Shown: piece after piece, positions 1 to 8,733 of the stretch
How positions within the stretch are numbered: position 1 is the stretch's first letter
Layout of the letters: each line of letters begins with the position of its first letter
IMG/VR virus record: IMGVR_UViG_3300029849_000006
Coordinates: 1 to 64,000 of that record
Strand: one strand, 5' to 3'
Origin: a virus
Lineage: Duplodnaviria > Heunggongvirae > Uroviricota > Caudoviricetes
Length of the DNA: 64,000 bases
Notes under the pieces: model-generated
Databases searched by the model: none
Told to the model about the DNA's origin: nothing
The model's input: the letters and a program-made list of their open reading frames with translations, nothing else
Made by a program: the position numbers and the translations under genes

Positions 1-2
1 GG

Positions 3-100
3 CTTATTGTATTTTTTTTAAAAATTAGGTATGCTTGATTATCAATTAGTTAGGTTTTATAATACCCGTATTTTCGGACATACTTATTGTATTTTTTTTA
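3..100 (+). repeat. 18-bp direct repeat CTTATTGTATTTTTTTTA (copies at 3-20 and 83-100)
   Basis: Two identical copies read directly in the AT-rich left end, 80 bp apart. Confidence 0.5.
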
Positions 101-272
101 TTTTATGTGGTGGTTTTTATTAGTAGCTGACTTTTATTTTCTGTCGGTTGGTATTCGCTCTATGTTGGAGTACGGACCGGATCAGTATAATATCGTAATG
201 GTTTTTTGCTTTTCTTTGTTGGCTTTGATTATAGGCTTAAATATCTATCTTGATAGGAGGAGCAGGCGGTAG
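87..272 (+). CDS. small hydrophobic ORF (61 aa), doubtful
   Basis: ORF track; very hydrophobic, low-complexity; begins inside the second copy of the direct repeat. Confidence 0.2.
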   Translation: MYFFYFMWWFLLVADFYFLSVGIRSMLEYGPDQYNIVMVFCFSLLALIIGLNIYLDRRSRR

Positions 273-454
273 GGCGTGGGCTGAAGTCTCTCTATTCTCT
301 CTATGGAATGATATTATCTCCAAATCCCCCATATTCCATGCCAGAGTATAAGCTTGTAGCGCTCTCCGTATGCCTGTGGCGAGGCTGATAGCGCAGGTTC
401 TATGCGGAAAGCCGGAGGATTAGCCGGAGTTGGAGAGGGGGAGAGGGAGGGCAC

Positions 455-932
455 TTCCTTTCAACAAAATTCAACTTCCTTTCAACAAAATTCAACTTCC
501 TTTCAACAAAATTCAACTTCCTTTCAACAAAATTCAACTTCCTTCCAACAAAATTCAACTTCCTTCCAACAAAATTCAACAGATCAGCGTTTTAAAACAG
601 CGTTATGTAGTTCCTTTCAACAAAATTCAACTTCCTTTCAACAAAATTCAACTTCCTTTCAACAAAATTCAACTTCCTTCCAACAAAATTCAACTTCCTT
701 CCAACAAAATTCAACAGATCAGCGTTTTAAAACAGCGTTATGTAGTTCCTTTCAACAAAATTCAACTTCCTTTCAACAAAATTCAACTTCCTTTCAACAA
801 AATTCAACTTCCTTTCAACAAAATTCAACAGATCAGCGTTTTAAAACAGCATTATGTAGGGTTTTCCCACAAAATTAAGACATACAGTGCTTTAAAACGG
901 CATAATGTGAGTTTATTCTACAAAATTCAATA
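455..932. repeat. iteron-like tandem array: 15 copies of the 21-bp unit TTCCTTTCAACAAAATTCAAC (variant TTCCTTCC...) in blocks of 6, 5 and 4
   Basis: Units counted directly: 455-580, 611-715, 746-829. Each block is followed by a 30-bp spacer AGATCAGCGTTTTAAAACAGCGTTATGTAG (581-610, 716-745, 830-859) containing the palindrome GTTTTAAAAC. A degenerate fourth block lies at 860-932. Confidence 0.9.
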
Positions 933-1004
933 GGTTGAGAGTTGAAAACTATATTCTATAGATTAGTAGTAATCGGAATATATAACAATTAAAACATAAA
1001 CAAC

Positions 1005-1265
1005 ATGAACGTATATGCCTTTGCGCCTGACTTAGATTTGAGTAAGGAGGGAGGAGGTTCTATTTTTGGGGTGAAAGGAATAGAAGGCAGTGATGGTATA
1101 GTATATGCTAAGGTAGTTAGCTGTGTAGACGTTAAGGATTACGGTTGTGAGAGGTGTATTTTTTATGATTGTTATAAGGATAAATGTTTGTTATCGCGTA
1201 GTGTTAGTTGTGTAGATGGAGACCGGATTTGTAGGTACGAACAGGCTGCCATAGAGGGGGAGTAG
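1005..1265 (+). CDS. small Cys-rich hypothetical protein (86 aa)
   Basis: ORF track; first ORF after the repeat array; nine Cys residues. Confidence 0.4.
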   Translation: MNVYAFAPDLDLSKEGGGSIFGVKGIEGSDGIVYAKVVSCVDVKDYGCERCIFYDCYKDKCLLSRSVSCVDGDRICRYEQAAIEGE

Positions 1266-1372
1266 GCGGCGCCTTGGGCTAAGGCCTGCGGTTGTAGGTG
1301 GAACGTAGGTCGGAGCAGAGCCGGAACAGTTTGTTGTGGAACTAAAAAAAATAAAAAGGAGGAGATAGCGAT

Positions 1373-1453
1373 ATGAAAAAGGCATTTAAGATATTTTCTA
1401 TTATGTTTGTCATAGAAATAGTGTTGATAGCTATTTTAGATGCTATGGCGTAA
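1373..1453 (+). CDS. 26-aa hydrophobic peptide ORF (MKKAFKIFSIMFVIEIVLIAILDAMA)
   Basis: Strong SD AAGGAGGAG 6-9 nt upstream of ATG at 1373; translated by hand; TAA at 1451-1453. Confidence 0.3.
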   Translation: MKKAFKIFSIMFVIEIVLIAILDAMA

Positions 1454-1490
1454 GTGAGAAAAATTTCTTCATTAATTTTCTTATGCTTTA

Positions 1491-1580
1491 GACAGAGTGC
1501 TCCCGTCTGCGAAGATCGGAGCACTTGCTTTATGGGATTCATGGTGCGGTAGGTCGGTTCGATTCCGGCGATCTCACACA
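1491..1580 (+). ncRNA. tRNA-like element A: 8-bp hairpin AGTGCTCC/GGAGCACT (loop CGTCTGCGAAGATC), then canonical T-arm GTCGG-TTCGATT-CCGGC and acceptor-like tail GATCTCAC
   Basis: The GGTTCGATTCC T-loop signature and the preceding variable-loop-like GGTAG are read from the sequence. No 5-bp/7-nt anticodon arm or matching 5' acceptor strand could be folded by eye. Confidence 0.4.
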
Positions 1581-1606
1581 ACATTAAAAACAAAGGAGGA
1601 AAGAAA

Positions 1607-1948
1607 ATGAAAGATGGTATTACATTACATCCAGAACACGGATTGAATCCGTCTATAGAAGTTTGCATGATATGTGGCGAAGAGATGGGGATTGCTTTAT
1701 TAGGGAATAACATCAAGGGGCAGGCGCCGCATCATATATGCACGGGCGAAGTATGTGACAATTGCAAAAAGATAATAGACGAAGGAGGTTGTTTTATTAT
1801 CGAAGTCGAAGATGGCTCAGATCAAAAGAATCCGTATCGCACAGGAAGATATTGTGCGATAAAGAAAGAGGCAGCAAAGAAAATGTTTGGACAGGAGCAT
1901 AATATTGTGTACATGGAAAAGTCTGCATACAGTCTAATAATACTATAA
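1607..1948 (+). CDS. hypothetical Cys-rich protein (113 aa)
   Basis: ORF track; SD AAAGGAGGAAAG upstream; CxxC...CxxC pairs. Confidence 0.5.
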   Translation: MKDGITLHPEHGLNPSIEVCMICGEEMGIALLGNNIKGQAPHHICTGEVCDNCKKIIDEGGCFIIEVEDGSDQKNPYRTGRYCAIKKEAAKKMFGQEHNIVYMEKSAYSLIIL

Positions 1949-1963
1949 AAAACGAAGAGAGAT

Positions 1964-2278
1964 ATGTTTACAAAAGAAGAGCGATTATTCATATGGAAAA
2001 AGGTATATGAGATGATTGATAGGCAAGAGGATGGGGAATACATATGTGTTGCGTTAAGAAATGTAGTGTTTATGTATTTCAAAAAACATAAAAATATCTA
2101 TGGGTTTCGTTCAGACGAAATGGTGAGAATATATTTCCCGGAATTGGAGGAGAAGATAAGTATGGCCACAGAACCAGAGGAAACAAGAACGTTTTATGGG
2201 TGGTTTGGTTGCATTAGTCCAGAAACGAAGGAGGTAAGGCTGAATATTGTGAAAGATATTATAAAAGAGTTAGAATAG
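1964..2278 (+). CDS. hypothetical protein (104 aa)
   Basis: ORF track; tight spacing in the + strand block. Confidence 0.45.
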   Translation: MFTKEERLFIWKKVYEMIDRQEDGEYICVALRNVVFMYFKKHKNIYGFRSDEMVRIYFPELEEKISMATEPEETRTFYGWFGCISPETKEVRLNIVKDIIKELE

Positions 2279-2324
2279 TATTTTTGTTAATCTATTTTAT
2301 TCATCAAATTAAGTTTTGGGTTTT

Positions 2325-2435
2325 GGCATGTCGGTTCGTGAGAATAGGCATGTCTATTTGTGTATCATAGAGGGATGGCGCGGCGTGCCGGTATGTATGT
2401 GCCGGTCCTGGTTCGATTCTGGGCATCTCACAAAC
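2325..2435 (+). ncRNA. tRNA-like element B: T-arm CCTGG-TTCGATT-CTGGG and acceptor-like tail CATCTCAC, preceded by duplicated GGCATGTC and GTGCCGG motifs
   Basis: The 3' 35 nt are near-identical to element A (GGTTCGATTC[CT]GG[CG][GC]ATCTCACA). GTGAGA at 2338-2343 can pair with TCTCAC at 2426-2431, but no full cloverleaf was found. Confidence 0.4.
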
Positions 2436-2684
2436 AATAAAACATAATTATATGGAAGTAATAACATTCGGTCCGAACATGGATTTGTCTTCTAAAAAAA
2501 ACAGGAGATGTATTTAGATTAAAATTGTATGGTATAGAGTATGATGTCAAAGTAGTTGGTGACGACGAAGATCCTCTTATGTTCTGCAAAGATTGTATAT
2601 TTTTTAACAACTCCGAACGGTGTTCACTCTCAGAATCGCAAGACTGGTGCTTAAAAAAGCAAGTTGTTTACTGTAAAATAAGAC

Positions 2685-2876
2685 ATGATGAGGGAATTTA
2701 ATGCGAAAGACGCCAATTTCTTATGGCGTCAAATTGGTAGGATTGATGGGGTGATAGAAACTCTGAACCGTACCGAAGGAGAGATGCCGGAAATTATAGC
2801 CGGAGTGCTAAAAAGAATAAGAGACGATATAGATAAGTTTGTAGACAATAAAACGAAAGATTATGAGAATATATAG
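2685..2876 (+). CDS. hypothetical protein (63 aa)
   Basis: ORF track. Confidence 0.35.
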   Translation: MMREFNAKDANFLWRQIGRIDGVIETLNRTEGEMPEIIAGVLKRIRDDIDKFVDNKTKDYENI

Positions 2877-3168
2877 GAATGATATTATAAAGGCGTCAGC
2901 GATAAGCACAGACGACGACAGAGGTTTGTTGTTGTGTTCAATAACAGATTCAGGCTTTACGTCTATAGCGAGCGTGATATCGGCTGTTAAAGACAAGTTA
3001 CCAAACAAAGATCATAAGAAGATGGTGTTTGAAATCTTGAATGATACGAAAAAGAGTACGGACGATATAACAATTGTGGGACAAAAGTATTGTAATAAAG
3101 AGCAGAAAACAATATGTTTATGTAATGTTAGTTTTTTTATTTTTATTGAAAAGAGCGCCGGCCTGTGA
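2863..3168 (+). CDS. hypothetical protein (101 aa)
   Basis: ORF track. Confidence 0.35.
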   Translation: MRIYRNDIIKASAISTDDDRGLLLCSITDSGFTSIASVISAVKDKLPNKDHKKMVFEILNDTKKSTDDITIVGQKYCNKEQKTICLCNVSFFIFIEKSAGL

Positions 3169-3214
3169 AGGTATGCGCTCTTTGTATTTGTATAATATAT
3201 AAAACGATAATAAT

Positions 3215-3469
3215 ATGACAGATAATAACATAGATGTGAATATCGTACCTGTAAAGAATGGTGCGAAACGTGTTGTGGTATCATATTACCATTATTCACG
3301 CAAGGACAAAAATCACATGAGTTCTCAAACGGATTACGTGTGGGAAACAAAGAATGAAGAAATGTTTAAATACTTTGAGGCCAGGAGGACAAAAGTATTT
3401 TATAGTCAGATTCGTGCCATGTGTAGATTCTATGGCAAGAAAAATGTACGTAAATACAAAAAGCTATGA
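3215..3469 (+). CDS. hypothetical protein (84 aa)
   Basis: ORF track; 4-nt overlap with the next gene. Confidence 0.4.
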   Translation: MTDNNIDVNIVPVKNGAKRVVVSYYHYSRKDKNHMSSQTDYVWETKNEEMFKYFEARRTKVFYSQIRAMCRFYGKKNVRKYKKL

Positions 3470-4275
3470 TATTAAAAACGACAACCAACGAGTTTTGTTT
3501 CATTAACGTAAGTTTCTATGAAACAATAGCAGATCCTCGCTATTTCTTTGAACAAGATTATGAAGAGATGCCGGAATATGAGGAGGAATTAGATTTTGAT
3601 TTTGATTCTTATTGCAATAAGTTTATTCCTTTTGTACAGGAATGGGCGAATAAGGTGGGCGAACGCCTTTATGAATATGGTGTGAATAACATAAAGGTAA
3701 TATCGGTCGGACATCCAAAAGAATACAATTATGGTACCGATTGGATAAACGTAGAGGTAGAGTTTTGTGATGAATGGAGGCAAAAGATGTTATCTAACAT
3801 TGGTAAGATTGTTAATGATGATAAATGCAAGAAGTATGCGGAGGCTAATTATCGGTCGGTATCAGGATACATCTTTTTAGGACCTGAAGATTTAAAGGAA
3901 TTTGAAAAGAAAATAATAGAAAGAAAGTCAGATTCGGGATATGATGTAACAATATTATTAAATATGTATCTAACTTTGGCTTTTGTAAAAGAATTTGGAT
4001 TTAAAGCCGGAGAAGCGTGGAGTGAAATAACAGAATATGCTTACGGATGTTTATCGTATTCCGATTTTGCAACAACAGAGATGCTTATACCGGAAGGTTC
4101 GGAGCATTTATTCAAAGACATTTACACGGCAAAGGCCGACGAATTATATCATCATGTCCTGGATAAATTCGGATGGGCGTGGCGTGATCCGAAATATAAA
4201 TCAGAAACAGAATTATGCTCGATGTTAAAATGGGCAAAAGAAAAAGGCTTGACCATTGAAGAGTTAAGTATTTAA
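3466..4275 (+). CDS. hypothetical protein (269 aa)
   Basis: ORF track; globular-looking composition. Confidence 0.55.
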   Translation: MILKTTTNEFCFINVSFYETIADPRYFFEQDYEEMPEYEEELDFDFDSYCNKFIPFVQEWANKVGERLYEYGVNNIKVISVGHPKEYNYGTDWINVEVEFCDEWRQKMLSNIGKIVNDDKCKKYAEANYRSVSGYIFLGPEDLKEFEKKIIERKSDSGYDVTILLNMYLTLAFVKEFGFKAGEAWSEITEYAYGCLSYSDFATTEMLIPEGSEHLFKDIYTAKADELYHHVLDKFGWAWRDPKYKSETELCSMLKWAKEKGLTIEELSI

Positions 4276-4283
4276 TTGTTAAA

Positions 4284-4325
4284 CATAAGGCAGTAGTGGT
4301 GCGTGAGTATAGGTGCTGCCGTTAA
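4284..4325 (+). terminator. hairpin GGCAG-(loop TAGTGGTGCGTGAGTATAGGTG)-CTGCC followed by an AT/T-rich tract
   Basis: Read directly 9 nt after the stop of 3466..4275. The loop resembles the 6358-6392 terminator loop. Confidence 0.35.
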
Positions 4326-4587
4326 AATATTTTATAAGATGAAAAAAGAAGAGATTCAAACTATTTTATACACAATCAAAGAAGGAGACAGTATTAAAAT
4401 CAAAGTACAAGACAAAAGTGAAGAGATAAGATTGCGGGATCATGTAAGAAGAACGCAGAAATACGGATACAGGTTTTGTTTGTCTCATTTGCATGATGGA
4501 ATTTTCTATTTGGAGAAGTTGGAAGAGGGAGATAAAGATAAATACTATAGAGTAATAAACAGAGGAAATGGAAAGACCGGAGTATAA
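4303..4587 (+). CDS. hypothetical protein (94 aa)
   Basis: ORF track. Confidence 0.4.
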   Translation: MSIGAAVKIFYKMKKEEIQTILYTIKEGDSIKIKVQDKSEEIRLRDHVRRTQKYGYRFCLSHLHDGIFYLEKLEEGDKDKYYRVINRGNGKTGV

Positions 4588-4861
4588 TAAGCTACGCAAA
4601 ATGGCTAAGACTACTCCAGGTCTGATAGTGGACGAGGCGCAAAACATGATGCGTGTATCGCTGTATGATAATGGGGAACTTAAGAAGATCGTAGTAGTAA
4701 TGAAATGCGATTCTTTTTTACAGTCAAAAAGTAACATAGAAAAGATAATGTTATTATCATCTTCTATAGAAGATAGAAAAAACAAAGAAAAAAATAAAAC
4801 AAAATCAGAAAATGAACAGAACAACAAAAATAAGAGAAGAAATAGGAGGAAAACAGGTTGA
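4568..4861 (+). CDS. hypothetical protein with Lys/Asn/Arg-rich C-terminus (97 aa)
   Basis: ORF track. Confidence 0.35.
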   Translation: MERPEYNKLRKMAKTTPGLIVDEAQNMMRVSLYDNGELKKIVVVMKCDSFLQSKSNIEKIMLLSSSIEDRKNKEKNKTKSENEQNNKNKRRNRRKTG

Positions 4862-5195
4862 TTTGACCTTTTATGGGCGTTTTTGCAGCCTTATTGAAGG
4901 TGATAGAAAGATAATACTAAAGGCAATAAAAAACGGTCGTAAGAAAGGCGTAATCGGAGCCATTCAGCCTGGAAGACATGATAGAATTTGGACCACATGG
5001 GCTATTGCTTTTGAGGATCTGAAGGTAGGGGATACGGTAGAGTTTAGTACATCCGGGAAATACAATCCAGGTTTTCATTCTACAGAAAAGTATGTAGGAT
5101 GTGTAGAATGGATAAAAGGATCGGAATGTGCGATAAAAACCGGCAAAGGGATGGCAGTAGTATTAATTAAACACGTGGAAAGGGTAGTAAGATGA
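4812..5195 (+). CDS. hypothetical protein (127 aa)
   Basis: ORF track. Confidence 0.45.
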   Translation: MNRTTKIREEIGGKQVDLTFYGRFCSLIEGDRKIILKAIKNGRKKGVIGAIQPGRHDRIWTTWAIAFEDLKVGDTVEFSTSGKYNPGFHSTEKYVGCVEWIKGSECAIKTGKGMAVVLIKHVERVVR

Positions 5196-5473
5196 AATTG
5201 AGAGAATTTGTAGAACTCTTTGATAAGAATGATGTAAAGGATTTGTTTAAGTCATTATCTTTATGTATGGAATACGTAAGGATAGATTTACATGTATTTA
5301 ATGTAGGTGCTTATGTTACGTGCCTGTACAGTAATGATCTTGAACAGCTTTCAACGATGAAAGGGTGCGCTATATACGCGATAGTAGAAGTACCATGTTT
5401 ATTTGAGGCATTTATGGAATATGCTTCACCGGAATTGAAAGCATATTATGATAAACTAACGAAAGAAGTGTGA
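5192..5473 (+). CDS. hypothetical protein (93 aa)
   Basis: ORF track; 4-nt overlap with the upstream gene. Confidence 0.45.
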   Translation: MKLREFVELFDKNDVKDLFKSLSLCMEYVRIDLHVFNVGAYVTCLYSNDLEQLSTMKGCAIYAIVEVPCLFEAFMEYASPELKAYYDKLTKEV

Positions 5474-5474
5474 C

Positions 5475-5948
5475 ATGAAAGAGGAAGTAGAACGGATAAA
5501 GAAGTTGGTAGGCATAGATCATAATAGATGGGAGCAACCTTGTACATGTGATAAATGCAAGAACATGTGTAAGGTTCCTTGTATTGGTACGCCAAAAGAC
5601 ATAGAGGCTATCATAGATGCCGGATACGCTGATAGGTTAAAAGAAACAATGTGGATGGTAGGGTATCTTGCAGTGAAGGAAAAACCAATAGCGATGATCC
5701 AGCCGACAGAGAAAGACGGGTGGTGCGCATTCCGCCGGCCAGACGGTCTCTGCGAGCTGCATGACCGTGGACTAAAGCCGACCGAAGGAGTTCTGGCTTC
5801 TTGTAAGGTGCTTGAAGAAGACAATATTCCAACATATGAAACGTCTGTACTTAGAGCAGTAGCTCATGAGTGGATTAAGGTAGAGAACTTCGCAACTATA
5901 ATGAGAGTCGTTTTTAAATTTTTGCATGAAAATGAACGTAGAAAATAA
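5475..5948 (+). CDS. hypothetical Cys-rich protein (157 aa)
   Basis: ORF track; CTCDKCKNMCKVPC motif. Confidence 0.5.
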   Translation: MKEEVERIKKLVGIDHNRWEQPCTCDKCKNMCKVPCIGTPKDIEAIIDAGYADRLKETMWMVGYLAVKEKPIAMIQPTEKDGWCAFRRPDGLCELHDRGLKPTEGVLASCKVLEEDNIPTYETSVLRAVAHEWIKVENFATIMRVVFKFLHENERRK

Positions 5949-6336
5949 ATTAGATAAAGTGGTTAATATCCTAAAAGAAAAAGGATTTGTAGTATATAGA
6001 AAGGGCGGGAAGGAGCCAGGTGTGTTTTACGCTAAAGAAGGTGACAGCCGGATAGGATTCGTTTATCCCAACAACGGATATATATATGATAGAATAAAAA
6101 TGTGGTCTTTTTCAAGGATATATAAACCACATAAGAAAACCGGGTCTTCGTGTTTAATGAGCGTCAGCGACGAATTTACGATAGAGAATGCGATTAAGAA
6201 CATAGAGGATAGACTGTGGGTGAATTATATAAAAGATGGTAACAGAAAACGACCAGAAGAATATAAAAATATAAGAGAATTTGTTGGTAGCTTCACTAAA
6301 TTCTACGGCTCTGTAGAATTAGTTGAGGTTAAGTAG
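5926..6336 (+). CDS. hypothetical protein (136 aa)
   Basis: ORF track; followed by a clear intrinsic terminator. Confidence 0.5.
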   Translation: MKMNVENKLDKVVNILKEKGFVVYRKGGKEPGVFYAKEGDSRIGFVYPNNGYIYDRIKMWSFSRIYKPHKKTGSSCLMSVSDEFTIENAIKNIEDRLWVNYIKDGNRKRPEEYKNIREFVGSFTKFYGSVELVEVK

Positions 6337-6357
6337 TTTTCCATGTAAGTTAGTTGC

Positions 6358-6392
6358 CGGCACTGGTCTGCGAAGATAGGTGCCGTTTTTTT
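6358..6392 (+). terminator. rho-independent terminator: stem CGGCAC/GTGCCG, loop TGGTCTGCGAAGATAG, then T7
   Basis: Read directly; lies downstream of the stop of 5926..6336. Confidence 0.6.
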
Positions 6393-6413
6393 ATTCAATA
6401 AAGGAGGACAAAG

Positions 6414-7304
6414 ATGGAGAAAAGAGACAAGAAGATACCTTACGAGGTAGTCATACAGGAAAGAAAAAGAGTGGATTTATATGGTAACGTAGTGTATTAT
6501 ATCTATTGGTTTGATAAATATGGGTACAATATCACAAACGAATGGAAATTCTGGAGCAAGGGTCCGAAATGCCCTATAACTAATTGGGGTTTGTTTGGGT
6601 CATTCTTTTTTGAATACTCTGATACGCATCGATTGCATGATGAATGCAATTGGAAAACTTTCTTCTACGATAACAAGCATGATCTTAGAGATGTTATTGA
6701 TGCTATTGTAATGAAGCATATAGAACAGAAAGACATTGTAAAATATTTAAAGAAAGGGGAAGCGAATGGGATCTCATTCACATACAACAGAGGTGGCAAT
6801 GTATGGGAGTTGAAGCATAAGACAAGTCCATATATAGGTCAAGAGTTTTTACCAGGTGATTTGAAGGACTTTGATTACAGAGGAGAATTAATAGAGGATC
6901 TGGATGACGAAGATTTGTTAGATATCATATCCAAATATGGAAAAGATGTGGTAGCTATAGAGTGGTCAACAAGGGGTTATAATCAAGGTGATTATATAAA
7001 AGGGATAGCATACGTTACAAAAGAAAAATATGATAATGAAGTCTGCAACAAAGAAGGAGACTGGAAGGAAGATTGTGCCAAAATTATAGATAATGAAGTA
7101 AAGTCCATAGGTATGTGGATGTGGGGAGATGTAAAAGGGTACGTTCTTGAAAAGAAGGTAGCATTTACCAAGAAATACAAAGACGAATCAAGAGAGGATG
7201 AAGATTGCGAAGAATGGGAAGAGGTTGATTCTTGCTGGGGATGTTACGAGGAGACAGATGAATTGATAAAGGAAGTCATGATAGAGAATGGCTTAGAAGA
7301 ATAG
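6414..7304 (+). CDS. hypothetical protein with acidic C-terminus (296 aa)
   Basis: ORF track; SD AAAGGAGGACAAAG upstream of the ATG. Confidence 0.55.
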   Translation: MEKRDKKIPYEVVIQERKRVDLYGNVVYYIYWFDKYGYNITNEWKFWSKGPKCPITNWGLFGSFFFEYSDTHRLHDECNWKTFFYDNKHDLRDVIDAIVMKHIEQKDIVKYLKKGEANGISFTYNRGGNVWELKHKTSPYIGQEFLPGDLKDFDYRGELIEDLDDEDLLDIISKYGKDVVAIEWSTRGYNQGDYIKGIAYVTKEKYDNEVCNKEGDWKEDCAKIIDNEVKSIGMWMWGDVKGYVLEKKVAFTKKYKDESREDEDCEEWEEVDSCWGCYEETDELIKEVMIENGLEE

Positions 7305-7448
7305 GTTGTAATGGCTGATAGTGACGGACGCCGCAGGAGACAGGTGGGTAAAGCGCGAAGAGTTCCGGTTCAGAGGAGACGCGGCCTGCTCTGCGTGGCG
7401 TAATGCTACAGTAGATGAAATTGTTGAACATTTTAAAAACAGATAATT

Positions 7449-7862
7449 ATGGGATATATATGTACAAGATGTGGTGGAACAAATGTTGTCTGTGAAGCCA
7501 TAGTAAATCCGAATACTGGAAAAATAATAGATTATCTTGATGAATCTTTCATGCATGCTATTTGCTCGAATTGTGAAAACGAGGTGATAATATCCAACAT
7601 TGAAGGAGTCAAACATGAAATTGATTTAAGGTTTCATGAATTTGTAGAAAAAACAGGTAAGGAGCCTGAATACGTAGAATGTCAGATTGTACGGAAAGAG
7701 ACAGGAGATGAACAAAGAAAGACAATAAAACTATCATTGAGCATCAACGATGATGACAATGATGATGTTTTTTGTTATTGCAATGGGATAGAATCGTTTA
7801 AGCAACTTGCTGAATACGGAGTGGGAGGATTTATCGTAACATTTTGTTGGAGTTTCTTTTAA
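7449..7862 (+). CDS. Zn-ribbon protein (137 aa; CTRCGG...CSNCEN)
   Basis: ORF track; two CxxC pairs. Confidence 0.5.
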   Translation: MGYICTRCGGTNVVCEAIVNPNTGKIIDYLDESFMHAICSNCENEVIISNIEGVKHEIDLRFHEFVEKTGKEPEYVECQIVRKETGDEQRKTIKLSLSINDDDNDDVFCYCNGIESFKQLAEYGVGGFIVTFCWSFF

Positions 7863-7875
7863 AACCTATACAGAT

Positions 7876-8241
7876 ATGAAAATAATAAAAATTCCTATTA
7901 CAGAGCAAAACAGAGAAGTCTATTGGTCTAGAAACAAAGATAAGAAGGCTTGGGAGAAGTTAATGAGTGAGTGCCCATCCATGACATCAAAAGAGTTTTG
8001 GAATAATGAATGGGAAGAATTTGATAAAGAAGAGATTTCGACGCATTGGTATTTCATTGTTGGCAAACCGGAATCGATAATAGATGAGTTGATTAATTTG
8101 GAGATAGGGGACACAAACGTATTCTATCCACATATAAAGAAGAATAGACCTTGGGATATTGAAGAAATGGACTGGTATGATCTTAGAGAACATGCCAATA
8201 CCATGAGTGATTTTATTCAGAAGTTATATAACTACATTTAA
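7876..8241 (+). CDS. hypothetical protein (121 aa)
   Basis: ORF track. Confidence 0.45.
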   Translation: MKIIKIPITEQNREVYWSRNKDKKAWEKLMSECPSMTSKEFWNNEWEEFDKEEISTHWYFIVGKPESIIDELINLEIGDTNVFYPHIKKNRPWDIEEMDWYDLREHANTMSDFIQKLYNYI

Positions 8242-8725
8242 AAAATGCTTTATGAATGGAATAATATTTGAATTAGAAGAAAAGTCGAAATATACAGGGA
8301 GATACATGGATGGGGAAATCTCCTATAATAACACATCTATAGATTACACGAAAGAAATACGAGAATGTGACAGAAAGAGTGAGATCAAGGATTTATTAAA
8401 TGACCCTTGTCTTGGTAAAATATTTGAAAAGGGGGAAGTTGATGATGAAATTATATATAATGGTAATATAGAAGATGTAAAAGAGGAATGGATGCGTGCT
8501 ATACAAAATGGGGTAGATAAAATGAATGTTAACAAAGATATGAATGGGCATAATCTTATTTATGTAATAAAATATGGGATTTGCAGATACGCGTATCGTA
8601 TTTGCATTGATTCATATCCGGGATATGTTGTAAAAGATCCAATAACACTAATAGAATGGGTTCAAGGTTTAAAGCCTGGAACCGTCATTAAAATAAGAGG
8701 AATATTCATTTATCATTTTTTATAA
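8207..8725 (+). CDS. hypothetical protein (172 aa)
   Basis: ORF track. Confidence 0.45.
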   Translation: MILFRSYITTFKKCFMNGIIFELEEKSKYTGRYMDGEISYNNTSIDYTKEIRECDRKSEIKDLLNDPCLGKIFEKGEVDDEIIYNGNIEDVKEEWMRAIQNGVDKMNVNKDMNGHNLIYVIKYGICRYAYRICIDSYPGYVVKDPITLIEWVQGLKPGTVIKIRGIFIYHFL

Positions 8726-8733
8726 CATATTTT

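Noticed and set aside
455-932. Possible CRISPR array
   Set aside because: The repeats are directly abutting 21-mers without unique spacers. The 30-bp interspersed sequences are identical to each other, and no cas genes are present.
402-933. Two long + strand ORFs (402..878 and 430..933) with highly repetitive translations (NSTSFQQ... / IQLPFNK...)
   Set aside because: They are frame translations of the 21-bp tandem repeat array. They show no start context and a purely repeat-driven composition, so they are not genes.
1491-2435. Calling the two elements canonical tRNA genes
   Set aside because: The T-arm and acceptor-like 3' strand are present. I could not fold an anticodon arm or a complementary 5' acceptor strand by eye, so they are reported as tRNA-like elements pending tRNAscan/ARAGORN.
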